Positions 1 to 8,317 of a stretch of DNA of 32,000 bases are shown here, one piece after another. How positions within the stretch are numbered: position 1 is the first letter of the stretch; the number at the start of each line of letters is the position of its first letter. The stretch comes from Nostoc sp. PCC 7120 = FACHB-418 (GTDB lineage: Bacteria; Cyanobacteriota; Cyanobacteriia; Cyanobacteriales; Nostocaceae): contig NC_003272.1 of assembly GCF_000009705.1 (NCBI RefSeq), positions 3,450,001-3,482,000 on the forward strand, read 5' to 3'. The position numbers and the translations under genes were made by a program. Below the pieces are notes generated by a model that saw nothing but the letters and a program-made list of their open reading frames with translations, ran no database searches and was not told the DNA's origin.

Positions 1-2135
1 CTTGGTTCTTAACGGCATTTTTAACAACAATTGCCCTAGCAGCCCTGATGACTGCAAGAACCAAGCCTACTTACAAAAGCACAATGCAACTGTTAGTAGA
101 ACCTAACTATCAAGGTAAGAGAGAGGGTGGTACTCCAGAGACTCAGTTTCTCGAACCCGATATACAAATAGATACTGCTACACAACTGAACTTGATGCAA
201 AGTTCAGGACTAATTCACAAAGCAGTTGACAAATTGAAATCAGAATATCCAAATATTACTGTAGCTGATATTAAAAATGCCTTAGTCTTAAATCAAGTTA
301 GGACAAAAGAGGATAATGTCGCTACGAAAATTTTTCAAGTAGATTATACTTCTGGCGACCCTGAAGAGACTCAAAAAGTTCTCAGTGCTATCAGGCAAGT
401 CTATGTGGAATATAACAAACAGCAGCAAGACAACCGACTCAAAAAAGGTCTGCAAGTTATTAGAGAACAGTTGAGCAAAGCCAGTGAAGAAGTGAATGCG
501 GCTGAAGCCAACTTGCAAAGATTTCGCAGAAACCAAAATCTAATTAACCCAGAAGAGCAAGCAAAAGCTCTAGAAGTTGCTTTAAATACTATTGAGCAAG
601 AACGTCGTACTACTCGTTCTACATACGAAGAGGCTTTAGCAAAACAAAAATCTTTAGAGGAGCAATTAAATCGTTCTCCCAAAAATGCTTTAGTTACTTC
701 TCGTTTGAGTCAGTCCGTCCGCTATCAAGGCTTACTCAATGAAATTCAAAAAACAGAACTGTTATTAGCTCAAGAGCGTTTACGCTTCACCGATGAAACC
801 CCCAGTGTCCAGAAGCTGAAAGAACAGTTGCAGAGCCAAAAAGAATTATTGCAACAGGAAGTAGGTAGGACTCTAGGTGTTAAATCTGCTAATGCCTTCC
901 GTGGAGCAGAACCGCTTTTAGAACAGGGACAGTTTGGTGAAATTGATCTAACTCTGGCTAGTCAGTTAGTAGAAACCCAGACAACGATAGTTTCATTGAC
1001 TGCCCGTGATCAAACTCTGGCACAGAAAGAAAATCAATTACGCCTGGAAATTAAACGTTTCCCGCCCCTGTTAGCTTATTACAATCGGATACAACCACAG
1101 TTGCAATTCAGTCGTGAGCGACTAGAGCAGTTATTACGGGCAGAACAACAACTACGGCAAGAACTGGCTAAAGGCGGATTTAACTGGGAAGTGGTGGAAG
1201 AACCCCAGTTAGGGATGAAACTAGGCCCAAATCTCCAACAGAATTTGATGTTGGGTGCAGTTGTTGGGTTAATGCTGGGAGGTATTGCTGCCTTTATTCG
1301 AGAAGCTGCTGATGATTCTGTTCACACCACAGCTGAGTTGGAAAAACAAGTAGCTTTACCTTTATTAGGAAGCACCCCGAAATTGCCCCCGGCGAAGAGC
1401 AGAGAATCAGTGATCAAGTTGCCTTTTGGCAAGCCTGAGGTTTTAGGGCCTTGGACTGTAGAGGTGCTACAATCTTCCATCCGTTGGGAATCGTTGGATC
1501 TGATTTACAAAAATATCGAGTTGTTAAACTCGGTATCTAGCTTGAAGTCATTGATGATTACCTCACCTCTGCTGGATAGAGGTAAATCTGGTTTGGCGTT
1601 GGGTTTGGCAATGAGTGCAGCCCGGTTACACAAACGGGTGCTACTGATTGATGCAAATTTGCGAGATCCTAGCCTCCATGAACATCTCAATCTTCCCAAC
1701 GACCAAGGGCTATCAACGTTGTTAGCCAGTGAAATTACTTTACCCGAACAGATTGGTATTCATAACGTAGGTTCAGCCTACATCGATATTTTGACGGCTG
1801 GCCCCTCGCCTAGTGACTCAGCAAATCTCTTGAGTTCTCCACGGATGAAACAGTTAATGGCAGCATTTGAAGAGAACTACGATTTGGTGATTATTGATGC
1901 GCCACCAGTGATAGGTCTAGTAGATGCTTTGTTGACAGCATCATCTTGTAGAAGTGTGGTGATGGTAGCTAGTCTGGGAAAAGTGACTCGCAATCAAATC
2001 GCTCAAGCTACAGCCATGTTGAGCAAGTTAAACCTCATCGGTGTTGTGGCTAATGGGGTTTCTAACTCTGATAGCACCTATGTACCTTATGCGCGGGAAT
2101 ACCGTTTTGCTTTGCAACAAGCAGTAGAAAAGTAA
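1..2135 (+). CDS. Polysaccharide co-polymerase (GumC/Wzz family) fused to a BY-kinase-like P-loop domain (Wzc-like); 5'-partial
   Basis: The track starts at M48, but the same frame is open to the window edge. Codons from nt 3 read WFLTAFLTTIALAAL, a TM1 like that of the paralog at 28542, so the CDS is cut by the window. It has a long coiled-coil region and a second TM (LMLGAVVGLMLGGIAAF). The P-loop domain follows with DRGKS (Walker A-like), VLLIDANLRD (Walker A'), LVIIDAPP (Walker B) and a Tyr-containing tail STYVPYAREY. Confidence 0.8.
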   Translation, partial: WFLTAFLTTIALAALMTARTKPTYKSTMQLLVEPNYQGKREGGTPETQFLEPDIQIDTATQLNLMQSSGLIHKAVDKLKSEYPNITVADIKNALVLNQVRTKEDNVATKIFQVDYTSGDPEETQKVLSAIRQVYVEYNKQQQDNRLKKGLQVIREQLSKASEEVNAAEANLQRFRRNQNLINPEEQAKALEVALNTIEQERRTTRSTYEEALAKQKSLEEQLNRSPKNALVTSRLSQSVRYQGLLNEIQKTELLLAQERLRFTDETPSVQKLKEQLQSQKELLQQEVGRTLGVKSANAFRGAEPLLEQGQFGEIDLTLASQLVETQTTIVSLTARDQTLAQKENQLRLEIKRFPPLLAYYNRIQPQLQFSRERLEQLLRAEQQLRQELAKGGFNWEVVEEPQLGMKLGPNLQQNLMLGAVVGLMLGGIAAFIREAADDSVHTTAELEKQVALPLLGSTPKLPPAKSRESVIKLPFGKPEVLGPWTVEVLQSSIRWESLDLIYKNIELLNSVSSLKSLMITSPLLDRGKSGLALGLAMSAARLHKRVLLIDANLRDPSLHEHLNLPNDQGLSTLLASEITLPEQIGIHNVGSAYIDILTAGPSPSDSANLLSSPRMKQLMAAFEENYDLVIIDAPPVIGLVDALLTASSCRSVVMVASLGKVTRNQIAQATAMLSKLNLIGVVANGVSNSDSTYVPYAREYRFALQQAVEK

Positions 2136-2176
2136 TGAGTGGGGGGAGAATGTGATCCCCATACCCTAATATTTTT

Positions 2177-2225
2177 TGTGTGCGATCGCCTCTTGCGGGG
2201 TGCGATCGCACACATCTTTTTATTC
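2177..2225 (+). terminator. Putative intrinsic terminator after the Wzc-like gene
   Basis: There is a perfect 13-bp inverted repeat, tgtgtgcgatcgc (2177-2189) / gcgatcgcacaca (2202-2214), built on two HIP1 sites. It is followed by a T-rich run (tctttttatt) about 40 nt after the stop codon. Confidence 0.5.
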
Positions 2226-2911
2226 AGCAAATAATTCTCAATTTTGATTTATTAAATCGATTTTTTAACATAAATTGCCAATTAAAGTTGTCATGATTAA
2301 GCTTTTTAAATGTGATAATTTAATCCATGAAAAATCCACAATATTTAAGTATTTTATCTCGACTTTATAAATATCTAATTAAAGCTATGACTATTTAAAG
2401 AGTAAATAAAGAATTAGCTTGAGTATATAGTCATTTCTACAGAGTCTTATATCCTAGAGATTGAAATCTAATTCCAATGGTTTCAAAGTAGAAATGAACT
2501 GATGGTCTGAAAATTATTGTGCAAGTAAACAAGTAGCTGTCATTCAACGTAAATGTAAAGTGCTGGGTCAAAGGAGTTTTGAGGCTTAAGGCGGATATTA
2601 CAAAGGTTAGGTTAATTGCCTCTATAAATTTCCAACATCCTTCATTTTTATAGAAAAATCTATATTTCCCAAGCAGATTTACCAATATGTTTACGGCTAA
2701 TTATCTACACAATATGGCAGTCCTGGATACTGATTTTAAAAATCGTATTCAGTAATATATTTACTCGCAACTTCTACCATCTATAAAACCTGATTCTGCA
2801 CGTAATAATTTACAGATTATTTAAGCAGAATCCAATTTCCATCACAGTCTTTGGCATTGACGGCCTTGGATATTATCTCAGCAATTTAATTTGGATGAAT
2901 CCAAAGACATT

Positions 2912-3679
2912 ATGACAAGCGTAATAGTTCCAAATGTTGAGAGTTACGATATAGTACCTCCACTCAATCAAAATCATGGTTCCTCACATTACACGCTTCA
3001 GTGGAGACGGGGCCAGTTATTAGTGAAACCTGCTAACAAAGTTCAACAGTTATGTTTACCTTCTCTGAACGATGAGCAATTATTAGTTGATTGCTTAAAA
3101 CGCTCTCCAGTCAATTTGGTGAGTATAGATGGTAAATTAGGTGAAACTTGGGTAAAGTTCTGGGTTGAAGCTTGTAAAAAAGCACATAAACCTATTTTTC
3201 TCAGTAAACCTGCTCACCGCAAGCCATCCGCACCCACATTAATTAGTCAATCTATTAGATGGTTGTGGAGATTAATAGACTGGCTAATGGCTTTTGGATT
3301 GACGCTGTTAGTAAGTCCAATGCTTTTGGCATTAGTTATATTGATGCAGATTGATTCACAAAAATCTTTGTTTACTTATGAGTGGCGTGTAGGAGAACGG
3401 GGTAAAATCTTTCGAGTCATCAAGTTAACTCCTACTCAAAATCATCCTCGAATCTTGCAAGTTTGGTTAAAGAAATTTGGTTTATCTCATCTACCACAGT
3501 TATGGAATGTATTGCGGGGAGAAATGAGTTTAACGGGATCTGCTTGTTGTACTTTAGAGGATGCTGTACGACTCAGTTTTGCAGGGCAAGAACAGGCAGA
3601 TGAATCCATTCAAAATACCCTGCGTGTTCTCCGTAAGAGTACAACATACCCTACAGGAACGCAAGCCTACAAAATTTAA
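2912..3679 (+). CDS. hepC: HepC, a bacterial-sugar-transferase (PglC/WbaP C-terminal domain) homolog with degenerate catalytic motifs
   Basis: It lies directly upstream of hepA. Starting from ATG 2912 (MTSVIV...) the ORF is 765 nt before the stop, matching the published 765-bp hepC ORF; the track's TTG at 2891 is less likely. It is homologous to the WbaP-like protein in this window: SPMLLALVILMQID vs [14 protein letters not shown], and LPQLWNVLRGEMSL vs [14 protein letters not shown]. Confidence 0.75.
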   Translation: MTSVIVPNVESYDIVPPLNQNHGSSHYTLQWRRGQLLVKPANKVQQLCLPSLNDEQLLVDCLKRSPVNLVSIDGKLGETWVKFWVEACKKAHKPIFLSKPAHRKPSAPTLISQSIRWLWRLIDWLMAFGLTLLVSPMLLALVILMQIDSQKSLFTYEWRVGERGKIFRVIKLTPTQNHPRILQVWLKKFGLSHLPQLWNVLRGEMSLTGSACCTLEDAVRLSFAGQEQADESIQNTLRVLRKSTTYPTGTQAYKI

Positions 3680-3690
3680 AATTAAATACA

Positions 3691-3774
3691 GTATCTGTAG
3701 GGTGCCTATCATGCTTATGGTGGGCAATGCCCACCATAATACTTATATTTCAGAAATCAAATACTAGTCATATA
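3691..3774. repeat. MITE-derived fragment (right-end type) containing the GGTGGGCAATGCCCACC hairpin
   Basis: The fragment gtatctgtagggtg...ggtgggcaatgcccaccataatacttatatttcagaaatcaaatactagtcatata resembles the right half of the complete element at 28240-28428 (gggcaatgcccaccctacagataat...tttttagaaatcaaatcggattcctata). Confidence 0.5.
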
Positions 3775-3960
3775 AAAACTAGAATTAGGTTTATCCTGAA
3801 AGAGTAAAAAAAATCCGAATATCCTAAATTAATGAGGATTGTATTCAATCCATTTCCCAGGGAATGCACCATCTAATTACATCATTGACCATGCTAAATT
3901 CCATTATTTTTACTCAGTGTTGTAAACACAAGATTTCTATTTGATGATTGAAGAATATAA

Positions 3961-4080
3961 GTATCTATAGGGTGAATAATGCCCTGCACAACTATAAAAT
4001 TGTGAGCAATACCCACCCTATACTTATTTCAGCAAGCAAGTAAAAATCCTATATAGGACTCATATTTGATTTCTGAAAAA
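3961..4080. repeat. MITE-derived composite repeat
   Basis: gtatctatagggtg...acccaccctatac forms the inverted repeat tatagggtg/caccctata. It is followed by ttatttcag...tcctatata and then by tataggactcatatttgatttctgaaaaa. That last stretch is nearly identical to the left terminus of the 28240 element (tataggactcatacttgatttttgaaata). Confidence 0.5.
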
Positions 4081-4097
4081 CCAAATTGGCTAGAAGC

Positions 4098-4134
4098 TTG
4101 CTATACAGAGCTTTGTTTCTCAGTATACGTAGCA
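4098..4134 (+). promoter_or_regulatory. Candidate hepA promoter / transcription start
   Basis: The published hepA TSS is 104 bp 5' of the ATG (recalled from Zhu, Kong & Wolk 1998), which maps to nt 4134 here. A -10-like TATACG sits at 4124-4129, 5 nt upstream. There is no convincing -35. This depends on the window being the PCC 7120 locus or a close ortholog. Confidence 0.35.
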
Positions 4135-4237
4135 AAATTCAAGTACGATTCCTATAGATGAATTACTACACTTTAGTTAAAAATTAGGTTGTCACGGTTC
4201 AAAAAATTGTCTTAGAAAATATACAACGCATTTAAAA

Positions 4238-6061
4238 ATGCCAAAATCACCACATAAATTATTTAAAGCTAATAGCTTCTGGAAAGAGAACAATTTAATA
4301 TTGCGAGAAATAAAACATTTTCGCAAAATAGCTATATTAGCCGTAATATTTTCATTTTTAGCTGCCAGTTTTGAAGGTGTTAGTATTGGTTTTTTACTGT
4401 CATTTTTACAAAAATTGACTAGTCCTAATGATCCAATTCAAACAGGAATTAGCTGGGTTGACATGATTTTGGCTGCTGATGCTTGGCCGATTCCCCCCAT
4501 ATACAGGATATCTCTACTAATTTTGTTGAGTACCTGGATGCGTGCTACCTTCAATTATTTTGGCGGAGTATACACTGAATCAGCCCAACTTAATTTAGCA
4601 GATCGCTTACATAAGCAAATTTTTGAGCAATTACAAGCTCTGAGGTTGAGTTACTTTGCTCAAACTCGTTCGGGTGAACTCATTAATACGATTACTACAG
4701 AAATTGAAAGAATCAAACAGGGTTTTAGTGGGTTAGCTTTTGTGTTAACCAGAATCATGACCGTTTGCGTTTACTTTGTTGTGATGTTTTCTATATCATG
4801 GCAACTTTCGATTATTTCTGTGCTGATATTTTTACTGTTAGCAGTGGGATTATCTACGCTGAATAAGCGAGTCAGAGAAACTAGCTTTGGCATTTCTCAT
4901 GCTAATGCTCAATTTACGGCTGTAGCTGTAGAGTTCATCAATGGGATTCGGACAATTCAAGCTTTTGGGACACAAGAATTTGAACGGCAACGTTTCTATA
5001 AAGCGAGTACTAATCAACTGAATGCAGCTATCAAAGTTGTTTTAGCTTGGACACTAGTAAAACCTATAGCTGAAGGTATAGCTACTACGGTTTTAATTAG
5101 TTTGATTGTGATTTCCTTCGCGACTTTTACATTACCAGTTGCCTCATTATTGACATTCTTCTTTGTTTTAGTCAGGGTGATTCCTAATATTCAAGATATT
5201 AATGGTACGGTTGCTTTTCTGAGTACTTTACAAGGGTCATCAGAAAACATTAAAAATATTTTGCAGACGAATAATAAACCTTACTTGAAAAATGGCAAAC
5301 TTCATTTCCAAGGGTTGAAGCGTTCAATTGATTTAGTATCCGTAGATTTTGGTTATACTGCTGATAATTTAGTGTTGAATAATATCACTCTGACAATTGA
5401 GCGTGGTAAAACAACAGCTCTGGTGGGTGCATCGGGCGCTGGTAAAACCACATTAGCTGATTTAATTCCCCGATTTTACGATCCGACAGAGGGACAGATT
5501 TTAGTAGATGGGCTTGATGTACAGTACTTTGAAATCAATTCCCTCCGCCGCAAAATGGCTGTAGTTAGTCAAGATACATTTATTTTCAACACTTCTATTA
5601 GAGACAATATCGCCTACGGTACATCTGGGGCGAGTGAAGCGGAAATTAGAGAAGTAGCGCGGCTAGCAAATGCGTTGCAATTTATCGAAGAAATGCCCGA
5701 AGGGTTTGATACTAAGTTAGGCGATCGCGGTGTCCGTTTATCTGGAGGACAGAGACAACGGATTGCGATCGCTCGTGCATTACTCCGAGATCCCGAAATC
5801 CTCATTCTTGACGAAGCCACCAGCGCCCTAGATTCAGTCTCCGAGCGATTAATTCAGGAGTCTATAGAAAAACTTTCCGTGGGTAGAACAGTAATTGCGA
5901 TCGCTCACAGACTCTCCACAATTGCCAAAGCAGATAAGGTTGTGGTGATGGAACAAGGGCGAATTGTTGAGCAGGGAAATTATCAAGAACTTCTAGAACA
6001 ACGCGGAAAGCTCTGGAAATATCACCAGATGCAACACGAATCAGGACAGACTAATTCGTAA
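4238..6061 (+). CDS. hepA: HepA, a fused TMD-NBD ABC exporter (MsbA-like half transporter) required for heterocyst envelope polysaccharide deposition
   Basis: It is 607 aa, with six predicted TM helices followed by an NBD: Walker A GASGAGKTT, signature LSGGQRQR, Walker B ILILDEATSALD and an H-loop IAHRLST. Its length and its position after hepC match HepA of Anabaena PCC 7120. Confidence 0.9.
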   Translation: MPKSPHKLFKANSFWKENNLILREIKHFRKIAILAVIFSFLAASFEGVSIGFLLSFLQKLTSPNDPIQTGISWVDMILAADAWPIPPIYRISLLILLSTWMRATFNYFGGVYTESAQLNLADRLHKQIFEQLQALRLSYFAQTRSGELINTITTEIERIKQGFSGLAFVLTRIMTVCVYFVVMFSISWQLSIISVLIFLLLAVGLSTLNKRVRETSFGISHANAQFTAVAVEFINGIRTIQAFGTQEFERQRFYKASTNQLNAAIKVVLAWTLVKPIAEGIATTVLISLIVISFATFTLPVASLLTFFFVLVRVIPNIQDINGTVAFLSTLQGSSENIKNILQTNNKPYLKNGKLHFQGLKRSIDLVSVDFGYTADNLVLNNITLTIERGKTTALVGASGAGKTTLADLIPRFYDPTEGQILVDGLDVQYFEINSLRRKMAVVSQDTFIFNTSIRDNIAYGTSGASEAEIREVARLANALQFIEEMPEGFDTKLGDRGVRLSGGQRQRIAIARALLRDPEILILDEATSALDSVSERLIQESIEKLSVGRTVIAIAHRLSTIAKADKVVVMEQGRIVEQGNYQELLEQRGKLWKYHQMQHESGQTNS

Positions 6062-6064
6062 TAT

Positions 6065-6098
6065 CAATTCAAAATTCAAAATTCAAAATTCAAAATTA
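6065..6098. repeat. Tandem heptamer array (AAAATTC)n, about 4.5 units
   Basis: caattc aaaattc aaaattc aaaattc aaaatta begins 4 nt after the hepA stop codon. Confidence 0.9.
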
Positions 6099-6167
6099 GG
6101 GAAGCCGAGCAGAATCATGGTTTTGGGGTATGTATCTGTCCCATTCTTTTTTCAAATCGGTATAACT

Positions 6168-6247
6168 CCCCAATCCCCAATCCCCAATCTCCAGTCCCCA
6201 ATCCCCAATCCCCAATCCCCAATCCCCAGTCCCCAATCCCCAATCCC
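6168..6247. repeat. STRR1-type tandem heptamer array (CCCCAAT/CCCCAGT), 11 units plus a partial unit
   Basis: Units were counted directly from 6168 to 6244 (one variant CTCCAGT, one CCCCAGT), then CCC, then the ATG at 6248. CCCCA(A/G)T is the STRR1 family described in heterocystous cyanobacteria. Confidence 0.95.
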
Positions 6248-7216
6248 ATGAAAATTTCCGTCATCATCTCGAATTACAACTATGCTCGTTATCTTTCTAG
6301 AGCAATCAACTCTGTTCTCGCTCAAACTCACTCAGACATTGAAATCGTTATCGTAGATGATGGTTCTACAGATAACAGCCGTGATGTTATTACCCAACTG
6401 CAAGAACAAGCACCGGATAAAATCAAGCCCATCTTTCAAGCAAATCAAGGACAGGGAGGCGCTTTCAATGCGGGGTTTGCGGCGGCGACTGGCGAAGTCG
6501 TAGCTTTTCTTGATGCAGACGATGTGTGGAAACCTCATAAATTACAGCGTATTGTTGAGGTATTTCAGACATCGGATGTAGTTGGTGTCATGCACCATTT
6601 GGATATCATAGATGGCAATGACAAAACAATTGATCAAGCTTCGACTCAAGGGCCGAAACTGAGTGAAGATTTAGCCTCAGTCATATTGCAGACAGGGAAT
6701 GCTTGGTGTTTTCCGCCCACGTCTGGACTAGCTTATCGTCGTGAAGTGCTGGAAAAAGTATTTCCCATCGATCCCGTGAAATGGCGCATTTGGGCTGATG
6801 GTTGCATTATTTACTGCACAGCCTTCCTCGGTAAAATTAAGACATTACAGGAAAATTTGGCGTACTATCGCATACATGGTGCGAACAATCACATGAGTGC
6901 AGCGAGCGCCACCAGTGAACAAGAAGCCAAATCTCAAGCGGGAATTGAGATGACGAACCAATATATCAACGATTTTTTAGTACGTATTGGTTATGGTGCA
7001 AGAGTTGACTTATCCCGCAATCTCCAATATCGACGCACAAAATATTATCAACGCTCTCAATGGGATCTCCGGGAGGTGTGGGGTATCTCACGCTTAATAC
7101 TGGGATGGCCTTTTTACTCTGGGCAAGAGCGAGCCTATTACCTAGCTCGATTTTTATTCAAAAGTGGAAAATTTTTGCTTCGTTCCGATGTTCATACGGA
7201 AAGCACCACAATTTAG
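6248..7216 (+). CDS. Glycosyltransferase family 2
   Basis: It has a GT-A N-terminus [37 protein letters not shown], and a DxD motif in FLDADD. Confidence 0.85.
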   Translation: MKISVIISNYNYARYLSRAINSVLAQTHSDIEIVIVDDGSTDNSRDVITQLQEQAPDKIKPIFQANQGQGGAFNAGFAAATGEVVAFLDADDVWKPHKLQRIVEVFQTSDVVGVMHHLDIIDGNDKTIDQASTQGPKLSEDLASVILQTGNAWCFPPTSGLAYRREVLEKVFPIDPVKWRIWADGCIIYCTAFLGKIKTLQENLAYYRIHGANNHMSAASATSEQEAKSQAGIEMTNQYINDFLVRIGYGARVDLSRNLQYRRTKYYQRSQWDLREVWGISRLILGWPFYSGQERAYYLARFLFKSGKFLLRSDVHTESTTI

Positions 7217-7335
7217 CCGTAAGTATGTTTAGCCGTTATCTCTCCTCCTTTGAAGGCGCTGTTAGCGATAGCGGGGCGTTCAGCCCGTGCTGAGTACTGA
7301 GTAAAAATCCCAGTCTCTAACCCCCTATTAATATT

Positions 7336-8310
7336 ATGGCTATAGATACTAACTCCTCCACTCCATTAGTTAGCGTTATTACACCTACCTATAACCGCCC
7401 AAACTATTTACAAGCTGCGCTGACAAGCGCCGTCAGACAGACTTATTCCCATATTGAAATTATTGTTTGCGACAATTGTAGTCCACAAAATCCTCAGGCA
7501 ATTGTTGATTCCTTTGATGATTCGCGCATTCGCTTTTTTCGCAATTCATCAAATATGGGAATGTTTGCCAATACCATCAAAGCCTTTAAAATGGCGCGGG
7601 GAAAATATGTCGCTTGTTTGCTAGACGATGATCTGTGGGAAGAAGACTTTCTCGAAAAGCTCGTTCCGCCCTTGGAAGCTAACCCCAATTTAGCCTTAGC
7701 TTTTTGTGACCACTACATCATGGATGCCAACGGCAATATAGATGATGCACTCACAGAAGAATATTCCCGTTCATATAAACGAGTTGATTTGCCAGAAGGA
7801 ATTTATCAACCCTTTTATCGGATGGGCTTAGTAGATAGATCAGTCTCGACAGCCACAGCAGCCGTGATGCGTCGAGATGCGATCGCTTGGGATGCCATTC
7901 CGGCTGAGGTTGGCGGTTCCTGGGATATATATTTAAACTACCTCTGTTGTCGCTCTGGCTTAGGAGCATATTTTTATCCTGAAAAACTGACGCGCTATCG
8001 CGTCCATGAACAAACAGAAACCATGCTCAGTGGTAAGCGCGATGCTCAGGCAAAAATCCGTAAGGCTCAAGCTGATATGTTTTGCTATGAGCAGTTTATG
8101 GCCGATGAACGCCTACAGGAACTTAAACCCTATTTTCAGCAGCAATGGGCCCATGTCAGCACAACCTTAGGCATTGGTTTCATGCGTAGTAAGCAGATGA
8201 AATTAGCCCGTTCTTACTTCTGGCGCTCTTTAAAGCAAAGTTTAAAGCTGAGAACTATGGCGGGATTGATGCTCAGTTTTACACCCCCGACGATCGCATC
8301 AAGATTTTAA
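7336..8310 (+). CDS. Glycosyltransferase family 2
   Basis: It has VSVITPTYNRPNYLQAALTSAVRQT, IIVCDNCS and LLDDDL (DxD). Confidence 0.85.
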   Translation: MAIDTNSSTPLVSVITPTYNRPNYLQAALTSAVRQTYSHIEIIVCDNCSPQNPQAIVDSFDDSRIRFFRNSSNMGMFANTIKAFKMARGKYVACLLDDDLWEEDFLEKLVPPLEANPNLALAFCDHYIMDANGNIDDALTEEYSRSYKRVDLPEGIYQPFYRMGLVDRSVSTATAAVMRRDAIAWDAIPAEVGGSWDIYLNYLCCRSGLGAYFYPEKLTRYRVHEQTETMLSGKRDAQAKIRKAQADMFCYEQFMADERLQELKPYFQQQWAHVSTTLGIGFMRSKQMKLARSYFWRSLKQSLKLRTMAGLMLSFTPPTIASRF

Positions 8311-8317
8311 TCAGTCA

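Noticed and set aside
288-1699. These are minus-strand ORFs (288-536, 401-682, 1505-1699) inside the first Wzc-like gene.
   Set aside because: They are antisense to a long, well-supported CDS. Their translations are low-complexity and Ser/Cys/Phe-rich with no motifs, which is typical of shadow ORFs.
2455-2500. The sequence gattgaaatctaattccaatggtttcaaag looks like a CRISPR repeat ending in ATTGAAA.
   Set aside because: There is only a single copy and no repeat-spacer periodicity anywhere in the window. It is just a small local palindrome (agatt-gaa-atct).
2437-2685. This is an 82-aa minus-strand ORF in the region upstream of hepC.
   Set aside because: It lies in very AT-rich DNA and its peptide is rich in Phe/Ile/Lys/Asn. 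It has no RBS and no recognisable domain. It is probably a chance ORF.
2745-2765. This is a possible NtcA site upstream of hepC (GTA-N8-TAT, with an overlapping GTA-N7-TAC).
   Set aside because: Neither version matches the canonical GTA-N8-TAC. Near-matches are expected by chance in AT-rich DNA, and there is no -10 box at the proper distance that I could justify.
2891-2911. The track proposes a TTG start codon for hepC.
   Set aside because: ATG 2912 gives exactly the 765-nt ORF reported for hepC. The 7 extra codons add nothing recognisable.
3561-3767. This is a 68-aa plus-strand ORF overlapping the hepC 3' end and the intergenic repeat.
   Set aside because: It is out of frame with hepC and runs through MITE-derived sequence, including the gggcaatgcccacc hairpin. 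It is an artefact of the repeat.
5614-8000. These are antisense or alternative-frame ORFs within hepA and the GT genes (5614-5820, 6332-6538, 7060-7293, 7494-7688, 7751-7969).
   Set aside because: They are all nested in strongly supported CDSs, and their translations are Arg/Ser-rich or otherwise implausible.
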